Source: Verrucomicrobiales bacterium
Lineage (GTDB): Bacteria; Verrucomicrobiota; Verrucomicrobiia; Verrucomicrobiales; SLCJ01
Assembly (NCBI GenBank): GCA_046075565.1
Contig: JBJTQJ010000108.1
Span: 32,001-96,000 of the forward strand
Direction: 5' to 3'
DNA length: 64,000 nt
This document shows positions 18,726 to 29,763 of the stretch, in pieces. The translations under genes and the position numbers were made by a program. The first letter of the stretch is position 1; each line of letters starts with the position of its first letter. The notes beneath the pieces are model-generated. The model had not been told where the DNA came from, did not search any database, and was given only the letters and a program-made list of their open reading frames with translations.

Positions 18726-19294
18726 ACCTCCCGGGCCCGACCGCGCCCGAAACGGTGGCGGATTGGAACGAGGCGTATGTGACGGTGGAAAGTTATTTCT
18801 GTGCCCTCGGGTTGCGGAACAAACTTCTACTGAGCACCTGCATCCACCGCGTGCTCAAGCGCGCGGCCGCCCGCCACGATGTCGAATCGGCGCGTAAACC
18901 CTCGGCCATCGCGATGGAAGAAGCCATGCGTCTCGTCGCCGAATGGTTCCAGCGGGTGCTCGACATCCAGCTTCCGGAAAATCGCCTCGCTGCCCGCGGC
19001 CGCCTTTCCCTTCTGCTCGCCGATCTACCCGGTCATTGGCAGCCATGGTTCCTCTCCGAACCACCTTGGCCGGCACCATTCGTTGCCGCAATGCGGAATT
19101 CCTACCTCAGTGCCGGCCCCGAGTTCCAGACGCGCACCATGACACCGCGGCCCATCGAGATCAATTCGCTGCTCAGTGGTGCCAGCCGGTCATGGGATAA
19201 TCTTTCCCGCACCAACCCGCACCTTAAGAGAGCACTGGCCTTGCTCATTGGACTGGGCCTACTCGGTTCGGTCTATCTCTTGTTGTGGAATTGA
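18701..19294 (+). CDS. Hypothetical protein with a C-terminal TM helix, overlapping the opgG end
   Basis: ATG 18701 inside the opgG 3' end; 197 aa, hydrophobic C-terminus. Confidence 0.65.
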   Translation: MDLPDAPLNLPGPTAPETVADWNEAYVTVESYFCALGLRNKLLLSTCIHRVLKRAAARHDVESARKPSAIAMEEAMRLVAEWFQRVLDIQLPENRLAARGRLSLLLADLPGHWQPWFLSEPPWPAPFVAAMRNSYLSAGPEFQTRTMTPRPIEINSLLSGASRSWDNLSRTNPHLKRALALLIGLGLLGSVYLLLWN

Positions 19295-19387
19295 AGAGCC
19301 GCGTGGCAGAGCTTGTGCGGTCAGGGGAACAAACGTACGAAGGTCTCGGCACTGAGATCGCGTTCCCCTACACACGATGCCACCACT

Positions 19388-20947
19388 TCAATCGTCGTTG
19401 CCGCGTTTCGCGCGATTCACCAGATCACGGAACTCCGCACGGGCACTGGCATCGGGCCCATGGCTGGCATTCGCGGAACACGCGAGAATATCCTCTTTGC
19501 CCGATGTCCCGATGTGTTTGGACTTGGCCAGCCATTGTCCGAACGCGGCCACCGAAGTGGCGAAACGGAAATCACGCGAGGCTGCGGAGAAGTCCTCCAC
19601 CTGTTCCGGGACAGTCACTTCCGTCAGCAAGGAAGCACCACCTGAAGGGGACTTGGCTCGGACCTTTACCGTCATGATCTCGGAAGCATCGGCACCGGGT
19701 GCTGGCCTTGTCTCCTGATACTTAAGTGAGTCAGCGACCGTACCACTTGGCATTCCCGCCGGGATGATTTCATAAAACGCGGTGACACGGTGGCCGGCTC
19801 CGATTTCCCCTGCATCCTTGGTGTCGTCGTTGAAGTCTGCGTCCTCAAGGAGTCGGTTTTCATAACCGATCAGCCTCCACGAACCAACGACACGGGGATG
19901 GAACTCGACTTGGATCTTCGCGTCCTTGGCTATGGTCTGAAGCGTGCCACCAATTTGTTCACCGAAAAGTTTTCGAGCCTCGGCGGCGGAATCCACATAG
20001 CCATACTGGCCATCGCCTTTGTTGGAAATCGCTTCCAAGGTGGAGTCCTTCAGGTTGCCCATACCGAAGCCGAGCGCTGTCATTTCGATGCCGCCACCCG
20101 CTTCCTTGCGCACGAGATCGACCAGCGAGGATTCATCGCTCACGCCGACATTGAAGTCGCCGTCGGTGCAGAGGATCACGCGATTGAAGCCATTGGCGAT
20201 CCGATTTTCGCGCGCCGTTTTGTAGGCGAGTTTGAGTCCCTCTCCACCATTCGTCGAACCACCGGCTTCCAACTCGGAGAGCGCGGCGAGAATCTTCGAT
20301 TTCTCGGAACCCGGCGTGGAAGGAAGCACAAGCCCGGAGGCACCGGCATAAACCACGATGGCAATACGATCCTGCGGACGCACCTGCTCGACCAGTATCT
20401 TCATCGATTGTTTCACCAGTGGCAGTTTGTTTTCATCATGCATGGAGCCGGAGACATCGAGGAGGAAAACGAGATTCGCCGGAGGACGCGCGGCAGCCGG
20501 AACCTGACGCCCTTGGATACCCACCCTCACCAGATAATGGCCGTCTGCCCAGGGGCAGTGAGCGGCTTCAGTTGAGATGGAGAATGCTTTGCCATCCTGC
20601 GGGGCCGGGTAGTCATAGCGAAACGAGTTGATGAATTCTTCGGTGCGCACGGCCCCGGGATCGACCGCTTGGCCCTCGCGGCTCATCCGTCGCACGTTGG
20701 CATACGACGCGGTGTCCACATCAACGGAAAACGTCGAACGGGCTTTGTCGGTGGTGCGGTTGAACTGGTTCTCTTCCTTATGGGCGTAGCTTTCCGTGTT
20801 CCAATTCGGGACCCGTGATCTGGACACATAACTCGCCGACCCCGCGAAAACCACGGGGCTTGCGAGGGGCGGGGAATCGGGAGAATCACAAGACGAGGAA
20901 ACCGCGAGTATCGACAGTGAAGCAAGCCAGAAAGGGAAAGCGCGCAT
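19388..20947 (-). CDS. VWA-domain lipoprotein (YfbK-like)
   Basis: Lipobox-like VSSSC, STFSVDVDTASY, DVSGSM MIDAS motif, TDGDFNVG and RLIGYENR. Confidence 0.88.
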   Translation of the reverse strand: MRAFPFWLASLSILAVSSSCDSPDSPPLASPVVFAGSASYVSRSRVPNWNTESYAHKEENQFNRTTDKARSTFSVDVDTASYANVRRMSREGQAVDPGAVRTEEFINSFRYDYPAPQDGKAFSISTEAAHCPWADGHYLVRVGIQGRQVPAAARPPANLVFLLDVSGSMHDENKLPLVKQSMKILVEQVRPQDRIAIVVYAGASGLVLPSTPGSEKSKILAALSELEAGGSTNGGEGLKLAYKTARENRIANGFNRVILCTDGDFNVGVSDESSLVDLVRKEAGGGIEMTALGFGMGNLKDSTLEAISNKGDGQYGYVDSAAEARKLFGEQIGGTLQTIAKDAKIQVEFHPRVVGSWRLIGYENRLLEDADFNDDTKDAGEIGAGHRVTAFYEIIPAGMPSGTVADSLKYQETRPAPGADASEIMTVKVRAKSPSGGASLLTEVTVPEQVEDFSAASRDFRFATSVAAFGQWLAKSKHIGTSGKEDILACSANASHGPDASARAEFRDLVNRAKRGNDD

Positions 20948-21053
20948 TCGGCGAGACTAGAACAAAACACCGGGCACTGCAACGGATTCGATGGGAGACA
21001 GGAAACCTGTGCACAATTAGCTGCGGCGGCGCAGCCTCAACTTGTGAGGAGCT

Positions 21054-22100
21054 TCACTTCTCCATCGTCCCAAGATCGCGGAAACCATGCTCCGCGCCAA
21101 GCCGGAGGCAATCATCGAGCGGCAGGATTCCGCCGGTGCAGGTGGGATCAAACAGATTCGAGGCGGCGGCACAGACAGCCATGCGCAGGCATTCTTGGAT
21201 AGGCAGGCCATCATGCAGCCCGAGCAAGGCGCCGGCGGCAAAGGCATCCCCTGCCCCGGCGGCTCCGCGGATTTTTTCAGGTGGAATCTTCACGCTGCCC
21301 TGAAGGCAATGCTCGCCGCTAGCATGGCGGGCCAAAGCACCATCGGGAAAATGAATGACCACCCATTCTCTTACCCCGGCTTCCAGCAAGCGGGCGGCCG
21401 CCTCGGACAAGCGGGCGAAATCAATCTTTCCGTCCACCGTGACCTCGACTCCTGTAGAGCGACCGGCCTCGAATTCATTGATAATGAGATAATCCAAGTG
21501 CGGCAAGATGGGCCGGACGACAGCGGCGAAACGATCACTATCCTCGCTGACCAGATCAACGGAGGTCTTGAAGCCGAGGGTCGAGGCCTGCTGCAGGAGA
21601 CGCGATGCTCCGGTAGTGCCATCGGGCGCGATGGCATCGAGTTTGTCCAACAAAAGCAGGTAGCCGAGATGGAAGATCTTCGCCCGGGATGAAGCGAGAT
21701 CGAAATGGGATTCATCCAGCAGGGCATTGGCCCCGCGATTGTGGAAAAACGTGCGGCGTCCGGTGTCGCGCACGGTCATCACATCAGTGTAGGATGTCGG
21801 GGCTGCGGTAGTGACGAGAAGTGCGCCGGTTTGAATCCCATGTTTTGCGCAGTCCTTGAGGATGGTTTGCCCATCCTGATCATCACCGATGAGGCCAACC
21901 GCTTCCAGAGGAATGGTGGATCCGAACTTGGCGGTATTGATAAGGATGTTATACGGGGAACCACCGGAGCCCCCATGCTCGTCGAGGATGTTGGCCAGAG
22001 TGTCCTGGGCGGGAAAATGATCAACGATCTTGACGTGATCGATGATCCAGTTGCCACCGGAAAGGATACCAAGGCGATTGGATTGCGGCGACTCTTTCAT
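21054..22100 (-). CDS. PfkB-family carbohydrate kinase
   Basis: GGSPYN, NEFEA and GAGDAFAAG motifs. Confidence 0.88.
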   Translation of the reverse strand: MKESPQSNRLGILSGGNWIIDHVKIVDHFPAQDTLANILDEHGGSGGSPYNILINTAKFGSTIPLEAVGLIGDDQDGQTILKDCAKHGIQTGALLVTTAAPTSYTDVMTVRDTGRRTFFHNRGANALLDESHFDLASSRAKIFHLGYLLLLDKLDAIAPDGTTGASRLLQQASTLGFKTSVDLVSEDSDRFAAVVRPILPHLDYLIINEFEAGRSTGVEVTVDGKIDFARLSEAAARLLEAGVREWVVIHFPDGALARHASGEHCLQGSVKIPPEKIRGAAGAGDAFAAGALLGLHDGLPIQECLRMAVCAAASNLFDPTCTGGILPLDDCLRLGAEHGFRDLGTMEK

Positions 22101-23005
22101 AGGGAATCCGAAACCATTCCGCGCAGGAAAGCGATCGAGCGCCGGGCTGCGGTGTCGGGATCTCCTTCAGTGCGGTTCCATTTGTGCACGGCGGGATCGA
22201 CGACCTCACAGAAGAGTTCGGGGACAACGCCCAGCTTGTAGTCGGCCTCGCGCAGGACCTTCAGGATGTCCGGCGTGCGTGGACCGATCTTGCCGGTTCC
22301 GTAGTCGCGGCGGTGATTCTCGCTGAGGTGGACATGGTAGAGACAACCGCTGCGGGCAGCCTTGTCGAGATTGGGCACGACATCCTCGGCCTCGTCGATA
22401 TGAGCATGGCTGGTGTCCCAGTTGAATCCGAGATTCGGCAGTCCAACTTCCTTGATGATATCAAGGGCTTCGTCCACCGTGGTGATGACGTAGGTCTCGA
22501 AACGATTGAGGATTTCGAATCCGGCCAGCACACCGAGACCGCCTGCATGGCGGGTGATTTCCCGGAGCCCTTCTACCAACCATGCTCGTTCCTGCGAGGT
22601 CATACCCGCGCCGGTGAAATGGGTGTGGCGGGTATGCCATGGTCCACTCAGCACGCCCGCATCACTGTTGGTGGCAACCGCGGCGGCGTAAGAAATGAAA
22701 CCGCAAGCGCGCGCGATGGCGGCTTTCCGTTCAGCGGCATCAGGGCTGACCAGATGAGGGTTCGGTTGGCCCAGTGCCGCCATGTAGGGATTGAATCCAC
22801 AGGCGACCACTCCAAAGCCATGATCCGAAGCCTTCGCGCGGATCTCGGAGGCAAACGGAAGGTCCGCGGCATCAGGCGAGGCAAAGACTTCGATGACCGG
22901 ATTTTCACCGGGGATACCGAGACCTTTTGCCCACACGAGGAAAGCGTCGAGGTTACTCGCATCGACGGGCAGTTTCCATGCCCATGTGTTGATTCCGAAT
23001 CTCAT
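22097..23005 (-). CDS. Ketose 3-epimerase-like TIM-barrel sugar isomerase/epimerase
   Basis: EILNRFET, WDTSH, HVHLSENHR and PELF give the E/D/H/E metal ligands. ATG 23005 is 2 bp after the upstream stop. Confidence 0.8.
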   Translation of the reverse strand: MRFGINTWAWKLPVDASNLDAFLVWAKGLGIPGENPVIEVFASPDAADLPFASEIRAKASDHGFGVVACGFNPYMAALGQPNPHLVSPDAAERKAAIARACGFISYAAAVATNSDAGVLSGPWHTRHTHFTGAGMTSQERAWLVEGLREITRHAGGLGVLAGFEILNRFETYVITTVDEALDIIKEVGLPNLGFNWDTSHAHIDEAEDVVPNLDKAARSGCLYHVHLSENHRRDYGTGKIGPRTPDILKVLREADYKLGVVPELFCEVVDPAVHKWNRTEGDPDTAARRSIAFLRGMVSDSL

Positions 23006-23007
23006 GG

Positions 23008-24144
23008 TCAGGCTGGAATGTGTATCCATTGTCCGGATTTGGCCGAGGCGAGCACGGCATCGCATACGATCTGCGTGACCTGCGCGTCGCGGAAGGTCGG
23101 GCCGGCGGATTCACCTTTTGCGACTCCGGCAAGGAAGTCGGCAACCTGATGGATGAAAGTGTGCTCGTAGCCGATTTGCAGGCCGGGCACCCACCAGTTT
23201 TTCATGTAAGGTTGGTCGCCATCACTGACGTGCACATTGTGCCATCCGCGGATGATGGATTCATCCGAGTGATCGAAAACCTGTAGGCGGTGCAAGTCGT
23301 GGAGATCCCAGGCCAGCGAGGCCTTTTCGCCGTTGATCTCGAGGGTGTAAAGCGCCTTGTGGCCGCGGGCATAACGGGTCGATTCGAAAATGGCGAGCGA
23401 ACCATTGGCGAAGCGAGCGAGGAACGCGCACGCATCATCGATGCCAACCTGCTCGACTTTGCCGGTCAGGTTGTGCTTGCGTTCCTTAACGAAGGTTTCC
23501 GTCATGGCGGTAACGGACACAATCGGCCCATTGATCCAAATGGCGGTATCGATACAGTGGGCGAGCAAGTCGCCAGTGACGCCGGAACCGGCCGCGTTGA
23601 CATCCAAGCGCCAAAGACCTTCGCCCCCCTGCGGGAGATCGGCGGAAATGGTCCAGTCTTGGAGGAAATTGGCACGGTAATGGAAGATGCGTCCGAGACG
23701 GCCTTGCTCCACCATGTTCTTGACGAGGGTAACGGCAGGCACGCGGCGATAGTTATACCAGACGGTATTGAGAACACCGGCTTTTTCGACGGCTTGGCAC
23801 ATCTCCTCGCCTTCGGCAGCGGTGCGGGCCAGGGGTTTCTCGCAAAGGATCATCTTGCCTGCCTCGGCGGCGGCGATGGCGATGTCGCGGTGGAGATCAT
23901 TAGGCGTGCAGATATCGATGGCATCGATGTCATCGCGTTCGATAAGCTTGCGCCAATCGGTTTCATAGGACTCGTAACCCCAGTTGTCAGCGAAGGCTTT
24001 GACGCGCCCCTCATTGCGGGCGCAGACGGCCTTGAGCACCGGACGGTATTCGAGGTCGAAGAAGTGGTTGACCGAAGCGTAGGCATTCGAGTGGGTGCGG
24101 CCCATGAAGCCGTAGCCGACCATGCCGATATTAAGTTTTTTCAT
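23008..24144 (-). CDS. Gfo/Idh/MocA oxidoreductase
   Basis: GYGFMG Rossmann motif, [14 protein letters not shown] and DLLAHCID. Confidence 0.92.
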   Translation of the reverse strand: MKKLNIGMVGYGFMGRTHSNAYASVNHFFDLEYRPVLKAVCARNEGRVKAFADNWGYESYETDWRKLIERDDIDAIDICTPNDLHRDIAIAAAEAGKMILCEKPLARTAAEGEEMCQAVEKAGVLNTVWYNYRRVPAVTLVKNMVEQGRLGRIFHYRANFLQDWTISADLPQGGEGLWRLDVNAAGSGVTGDLLAHCIDTAIWINGPIVSVTAMTETFVKERKHNLTGKVEQVGIDDACAFLARFANGSLAIFESTRYARGHKALYTLEINGEKASLAWDLHDLHRLQVFDHSDESIIRGWHNVHVSDGDQPYMKNWWVPGLQIGYEHTFIHQVADFLAGVAKGESAGPTFRDAQVTQIVCDAVLASAKSGQWIHIPA

Positions 24145-24192
24145 AGTGAGTAGTGTTGAAAAGTGGGATCTGTTTGGTTGGTCTGAAAGGCA

Positions 24193-25239
24193 TTATTCCT
24201 GCCAGCCATGCGCGTTCCGCACGGCAATCATGGCAGCGAGCACGTCGTTCCAGATTTGCGGGTCGAGCATGACCTCGTTCGAGAACATACAACCATCCCA
24301 GCAGATGTGACCGAAGGCCTTGGTCGGGTTCCCGTCATCGCCGCGCAGCCAATAGCCGGCGGCTTGGGTGATATCGAGTTTGCCATTCGGATCCTTGGGC
24401 GGGCAATGTTTGCCCGTCTTGTCATGGCTGCCCTGACCTTTGACGGTGGCGTCGTTCTGGGCAACATGGAAGTCGAGTGTCCAGGGACGGAGCGCGTCGG
24501 TGAGTTTGGCGTAGGCGGCGTCGAAAGTGGTTTTGTCGCTCCAATCGAAGCCCGCGGGCACCAAGGCGTCGCCGGGCGAATTGTGGCCGAGCAGATAGAG
24601 CAAGGTGTGGGCGAGGTCGGCCTGGAAACCGAGGGTCTTGGGGCGATTGACCAACTCCAGGAGCTTGAGCATCTCCCGCCAACTGTGCATGCCACCCCAG
24701 CAGATCTCACCTTCGGCAGCCAGTCGTTCGCCGTATTCCTCGGCGACGTCGCAGGCCCTGCGGAAGGTATCGGCAATAAGAGCCGTGTTGGCTTCCGGAT
24801 TTTCGGCCCACGGGGCTACTCCCGAGGCGGAGTCGATTCGGATCAATCCGTGCGGGCGAACGCCCAGATCACGCAACTTTTTGCCAATGATACATGCCTT
24901 GCGGACCTGATTGACGAATTGATCGCGCTCCTCCTGCGTGCCCATGGCGGCGCCACCACCCGTCGGCGGCCAGACGGGAGCAACCAGCGAACCGGCCATC
25001 AGCTTGCGGGCGCGGAGTTTCGCGGCCAACACTTCGAGATCGGCATCCGTGGAATCGATATCCACGTGCGGGGAGCAAAGGAATAGATCGACTCCATCGA
25101 ATTTCACTCCACCCACTTCGGCGGCGGCGGTGAGATCGAGCATGGTGTCGAGATCGATAAATGGCTCAGGACTATCGGGACCTTTGCCGACGACACCGGG
25201 CCAGGTGGCATTGTGGAGTTTCGGGTAGTTGTTGGACAT
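24193..25239 (-). CDS. Xylose-isomerase-like TIM-barrel protein
   Basis: [28 protein letters not shown] and ICWDGC motifs; lies within the sugar operon. Confidence 0.75.
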   Translation of the reverse strand: MSNNYPKLHNATWPGVVGKGPDSPEPFIDLDTMLDLTAAAEVGGVKFDGVDLFLCSPHVDIDSTDADLEVLAAKLRARKLMAGSLVAPVWPPTGGGAAMGTQEERDQFVNQVRKACIIGKKLRDLGVRPHGLIRIDSASGVAPWAENPEANTALIADTFRRACDVAEEYGERLAAEGEICWGGMHSWREMLKLLELVNRPKTLGFQADLAHTLLYLLGHNSPGDALVPAGFDWSDKTTFDAAYAKLTDALRPWTLDFHVAQNDATVKGQGSHDKTGKHCPPKDPNGKLDITQAAGYWLRGDDGNPTKAFGHICWDGCMFSNEVMLDPQIWNDVLAAMIAVRNAHGWQE

Positions 25240-25260
25240 GGGATGATGATGTTGGTTAGA

Positions 25261-26478
25261 TTAGAGAACGAGATCGGGGTTTTCCGGGCCGAAGTGTTTG
25301 AGCATGACGAGCGGATCGGTGGCGGAAGGGTTGGTAATTTTGACCCCCTGCTTGGCGGCATCTTCGCTGACGAAGAACTCGTCAAAGGTAAGTTGGCCGT
25401 AGCGGATGAGAGCCGGGGTGTCGATATCCCACACACCCAGCTTGCCATGGCCTTGCATGAGGATCATCCCGTAGGCGGCGGAATCGCGGATGACCGCCGA
25501 GCGTCCGGGCAGCACCGTCAACTCCTTCGCGCTGTAGGCGGAGGAGCGGTAACAAATCCAGTTCTCGATGTAACCATCGGCTTCCATTTCCGCCACGGGA
25601 CGAACCGGACGCGGGCGCATGAAATGGTTTTCCCGGAAAAGCGGATCAACATTGAGCTCCCAGTCGATCACTTCCATGAGGAAGTTGAAATCGCCAATGC
25701 GGCTCTCGGGGGTGTTTTTCCAAAGCAGCGATTCGGGCACCACGGTAGTGCCGGCCAGCGACTGATACATGGCGAAGTTGTCGGAAGCGGTCTGTGGCTC
25801 GTAGGTGCAGAGACTGCCGGGCGCGTGCAGAATGCCGGGCGGGACATCCCATCCCGTGCCGACCTCGAGACGATAAGCCTGCGAGAGATTGGTGATCTTG
25901 TTATCTCCCTTGGTAAAATTCTTCAGGGTTTCCATCACTTGATCCTGGGTGGTGCCGGGAGCGAAGCCGAAGAAGGTGTAGGGGAAATCCGCACCGTAGT
26001 TGTTCACTTGGGGCGGGAAGTAATAGGCTTCCGGTTTTCCACGCTGGCCGGTGAGTTGGGCGTGTTCCTCGCGGTGGTGGATGTGATGCGGAAGCGCGGC
26101 CTTGTTATCAAAGAACTTGGAATAGACCGACCAAGATTGGTCGCGCTTCCAGAGGCGCTCGCCGATGATTTTCGCCTTCAGTTCATCGACGGCGTCGCGC
26201 AGGAGGACCTGACGGGGGGCGGCGGATCCGTCCTGGAAAACCACCTGGCTGAGTCCTTCGTGTCTGCCGGTCAGCGGTCCATTATCCGCCGGGGTGGTCG
26301 AAGAAAACCAGCGTTCGTCGATGCCTCCGCGTTCACCTCCGAGGTGGTAGTAATCATCGGGATGGAGCTTGATGCGGCGTCCGGGAACACAAAAGGAACG
26401 CGGAACCCAGTTCGGGGCCAGACGCAGGATGCCGGCGCCTTGGTCCATGGCTTTGTCAATCAATTCACGGTCAGTCAT
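25261..26478 (-). CDS. Cupin protein, mannose-6-phosphate-isomerase-like
   Basis: LPHHIHH, KPEAYYF and PPGILHAPG...YEPQ..SD cupin motifs. Confidence 0.7.
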   Translation of the reverse strand: MTDRELIDKAMDQGAGILRLAPNWVPRSFCVPGRRIKLHPDDYYHLGGERGGIDERWFSSTTPADNGPLTGRHEGLSQVVFQDGSAAPRQVLLRDAVDELKAKIIGERLWKRDQSWSVYSKFFDNKAALPHHIHHREEHAQLTGQRGKPEAYYFPPQVNNYGADFPYTFFGFAPGTTQDQVMETLKNFTKGDNKITNLSQAYRLEVGTGWDVPPGILHAPGSLCTYEPQTASDNFAMYQSLAGTTVVPESLLWKNTPESRIGDFNFLMEVIDWELNVDPLFRENHFMRPRPVRPVAEMEADGYIENWICYRSSAYSAKELTVLPGRSAVIRDSAAYGMILMQGHGKLGVWDIDTPALIRYGQLTFDEFFVSEDAAKQGVKITNPSATDPLVMLKHFGPENPDLVL

Positions 26479-26574
26479 AGGATGGGTGGTTGGGGTTGAT
26501 GGGAAAAATCGGAGCAGGAAGCATGGAAAATCAAACGCATCTAGGCAAGCAAAATTCTTCTCCCAAGGCGAATT

Positions 26575-29500
26575 TCACGATGGATTGGCAATTTGCAGGT
26601 AAGCAAGCAGATCTTTCAACTCCTGGGGATTGAGCCGGTTGATGAGCCCCGGGGGCATTGAGGAAACCGGAGAGGGGACTTTCCCGACGATTGACTTTGT
26701 CGGAATGGTGATGGTTTTCGCAGGATCAAAAGGGTTGTTGGCCACGACGGTCTGGCCGCCATCCTCGGAAAGAATCCTCCCTGTGACCACGGTGCCGTCA
26801 GTGCGGGTGATGCGGGTGAATTCATATTGGTCGGAAATGACCTTGCTCGGTTCAATGATCGCTTCGGCGAGATCACGGGCCGTGAAGCGGCCCGCAACGC
26901 CCGTCAGGTCGGGGCCAGAGGCTCCTCCTTCGCCTCCAAATCGATGACAAACCGCGCACATGGCCGCTTGGAACATCTTCTTTCCGTTGGCGGGATCTGC
27001 CTTGCCAAGGTTAGCGGATGCTTCCACCACCTTGTCGGTTGTCCACAATTGGCCCGGTCCCTTGGCGCGTGGAAGATTGGCCAGAGGATTCACGGCCGGG
27101 GCTTGCAAAACACCTTCATAAAGGCCGCGTTCCTCCGGTGTGCAAGTCAGCAGGGTTTGTTTGAAAAGATCGCTAATGAACCCTCCATAGCTGGCCCCGC
27201 CGCTGCGGCCGGAAAGTTTCGGAAACCAATCAAAAAAACGCTGACGTTCGGAGGCATCCCACGGTCCCGGAACAACCCGGAGACAATAAACATAATGAAT
27301 GACCTGCGCGGGTGGCAAATTGGCGATCATTGCCTGCACGGTGCGTCCGTAACCGGGATTCCGCGTCGCAAGTTCGAGCCAGTCGGGCGGTTCGCCAGGG
27401 CCCGCGCTGTCCATGAGCGCCAGGGTCCTTTCCACGACGTTCGGTGCATTGAGATAACAAAGCACGCGGCACAATTCCCGATCGAGCAACTCGTCCCCGG
27501 CGGGAAAGCGGGAATCAATCTTGGCCAGAACGGTAGTTCGGGCCTCAGGAGTGGGAGCACCATGGCGGGCGAAAACGAGTCCGACGGCGCGGAGCCAGTT
27601 GATTTTCTGGGCGCGATCCAGTTTGTCCCACTCGAGGGAGTCGAGCGCCTTGAGGATGGCGGGGACGTTTTCAGCAGTGCCGGTGCGGGCCATTGCCATG
27701 GAAGAAAGGATGACCGGCCAGGGGTCGCGAGCCTGGGCAATGGATTCGGCTACGGTCGCGGCTCCTTCAAGCTCGAGGGCGACCCGCGCCTGATGGCGTG
27801 ACACACGATTGAAACTACCGAGTTTGCTCATGGCCTCGGCTTTCGGCATGGGAACAAGGGATTTCGACTCATAGGCCACAGGAGATGCGGGCACATCACT
27901 CCCGGTATAGGTGATTTTCCACAGCGCGGAACCGGAGCGCCGCCCGCCGCTCAGAAAATACATCGCGCCATCCTTTCCGATGATCGCATCGGTCAACGGC
28001 AAGCCTCGGCCCGCGAGAAACTCCTCGCTCTCCGCACGGTAGGAGTCTCCATCAGGGACGAGATGAATCGCGTAAATGGTAGCGAACGTCCAATCGAGGG
28101 CGTAGATCGCGCTTTGGTATTTTGTGGGAAACCTCGCTCCTCTTCCCGAGACAAGACCGGTCGGAGATCCGGGTCCGATGTCCAGTTGGGATGGCATGCT
28201 GTCTTCATAAACATCGGGCCATTTCCCGGTGCCGTTGCGCCATCCGAATTCCGCCCCCGGCGTCACATGGCAAATGCGGGTCGGCCGATACCATGGCATG
28301 CCGAGATCCCATTCCATGTCCGCGTCGAAGGTAAAAAGATCGCCGGCCGGATTGAAGGCGAAATCGAAGGCATTCCGGAATCCGATGGCGAACATTTCCC
28401 ATCCGGAACCATCCGGAGCAAAGCGGGCCACCCATCCCCCGGGAGCCATGCGGTCAGAGGCATGACCACGCGCGTCGGGCCTTCTCGGCAACAGTTGGTC
28501 TTCCTGCCAAACCTTGGGGACGACGCTTTTTTCAAAATTGGGTGCGTCGGTGTGATTGCCTGCCATGAAATAAATCCAGTTCCCATCGGGGGAGGCGACG
28601 AGCGAATGCGGACCGTGTTCACCCCTCCCTTGGAGGGCCTGCACCATTTCGGGAGATTCCGGTTCACCGTCACCATTCTTGTCGGTCACTTTCCACACCC
28701 CGCTCTTAGTGGGGCCTTCATTGGCCGCGACCCAGAGTGTGCCCTTGTGCCAGAGGAGTCCCTGCGCGCCCGCCAACTCGATCTGGGTTTTCTCGACCCG
28801 GACCTTTCCCTCAGGACCGGCGGTCGGGAAAACCCGGTAAATCGCCCCATATTGATCCGCGCAATAGAAGGAACCGTCCTCACGAACCGTGATGGAAACC
28901 CAGGATCCTTGGTCGTTGGGCACCTGATAGAGTTGTTCTAATTCGAATCCGGGGGCGAGTGTGAAATCGGCTCCGGGGCCGGTTGAGGCGCGTGCAGCCG
29001 GGGCCGCGGCCGGCGCGGCATTGGCTTCGATGGGTTTCCAGCGCAGGTCCTTAAATTCAACTTTCATCGGTGGCCCGGCGTGCACCTGCAAACCGATCAA
29101 ACCCTTCAGAGCACGTTTCGCCTCCTGCACGTCAGTCACTTCCACGCTTTGTTTTCCATTCACAAAGTGACGGAGCACGTTCCCCTGGGCTTCGATGCGG
29201 AATTCATTCCATTGGTCAAGGGCAACGTCTTCCACCGGCAATTCGCCGGTGACCGCAGGCTTGTCGGCAAGGTTTACCTTTTTTCCGCGCTCACATGCGA
29301 TACCACGCCCCCCTTCTTCATAGAGCATTCCCAGATAATTCTTCGCGGGATGCAGATCCATCTGATACCCCTTGAGCACCCAGCCCTGAGGATCGGGTCG
29401 GCGGCTCCGATATTGCACGCCCGAATTGTTCTTGCCCGTGACCCGCGCCTTGTATTCGAGCACAAAATCTCCCGGCTCACCGCCCTCCCAGATCAGAAAG

Positions 29501-29694
29501 GTATTGGCTTTGATTTTTCGTTCGGCATCATCGGTCTCGCCGACAATCGTACCATTCTCCACCCGCCAGATTTTCGGATCACCGGCCCAACCTTGCAAAT
29601 CCTTGCCATTAAAAAGGGGCGTCCAATCCTCAGCCGGGGAAAATCCGGCCAAAATGAGGGCAACGAAAAAAGAAGAAATGAATCGGGCGAGCAT
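26575..29694 (-). CDS. DUF1080 + beta-propeller dehydrogenase-like + CxxCH cytochrome c protein (PVC-type)
   Basis: LFNGKDLQGW, NSGVQYRS and GLQVH (DUF1080); GFRNAFD..F; C-terminal CAVCH...GPDL...S.MP. Confidence 0.85.
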   Translation of the reverse strand: MLARFISSFFVALILAGFSPAEDWTPLFNGKDLQGWAGDPKIWRVENGTIVGETDDAERKIKANTFLIWEGGEPGDFVLEYKARVTGKNNSGVQYRSRRPDPQGWVLKGYQMDLHPAKNYLGMLYEEGGRGIACERGKKVNLADKPAVTGELPVEDVALDQWNEFRIEAQGNVLRHFVNGKQSVEVTDVQEAKRALKGLIGLQVHAGPPMKVEFKDLRWKPIEANAAPAAAPAARASTGPGADFTLAPGFELEQLYQVPNDQGSWVSITVREDGSFYCADQYGAIYRVFPTAGPEGKVRVEKTQIELAGAQGLLWHKGTLWVAANEGPTKSGVWKVTDKNGDGEPESPEMVQALQGRGEHGPHSLVASPDGNWIYFMAGNHTDAPNFEKSVVPKVWQEDQLLPRRPDARGHASDRMAPGGWVARFAPDGSGWEMFAIGFRNAFDFAFNPAGDLFTFDADMEWDLGMPWYRPTRICHVTPGAEFGWRNGTGKWPDVYEDSMPSQLDIGPGSPTGLVSGRGARFPTKYQSAIYALDWTFATIYAIHLVPDGDSYRAESEEFLAGRGLPLTDAIIGKDGAMYFLSGGRRSGSALWKITYTGSDVPASPVAYESKSLVPMPKAEAMSKLGSFNRVSRHQARVALELEGAATVAESIAQARDPWPVILSSMAMARTGTAENVPAILKALDSLEWDKLDRAQKINWLRAVGLVFARHGAPTPEARTTVLAKIDSRFPAGDELLDRELCRVLCYLNAPNVVERTLALMDSAGPGEPPDWLELATRNPGYGRTVQAMIANLPPAQVIHYVYCLRVVPGPWDASERQRFFDWFPKLSGRSGGASYGGFISDLFKQTLLTCTPEERGLYEGVLQAPAVNPLANLPRAKGPGQLWTTDKVVEASANLGKADPANGKKMFQAAMCAVCHRFGGEGGASGPDLTGVAGRFTARDLAEAIIEPSKVISDQYEFTRITRTDGTVVTGRILSEDGGQTVVANNPFDPAKTITIPTKSIVGKVPSPVSSMPPGLINRLNPQELKDLLAYLQIANPS

Positions 29695-29763
29695 GCGCGC
29701 GATACGCCGCCGGGCACCCGGGGCTTTCACCGAAGACACCCGCAGCCCGGCATTTCCGCGGTT

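Noticed and set aside
25213-26499. 428-aa plus-strand ORF (similarly 24208..25086 and 22184..23149)
   Set aside because: Antisense to motif-bearing operon genes; typical stop-poor shadow frames of GC-rich coding DNA.
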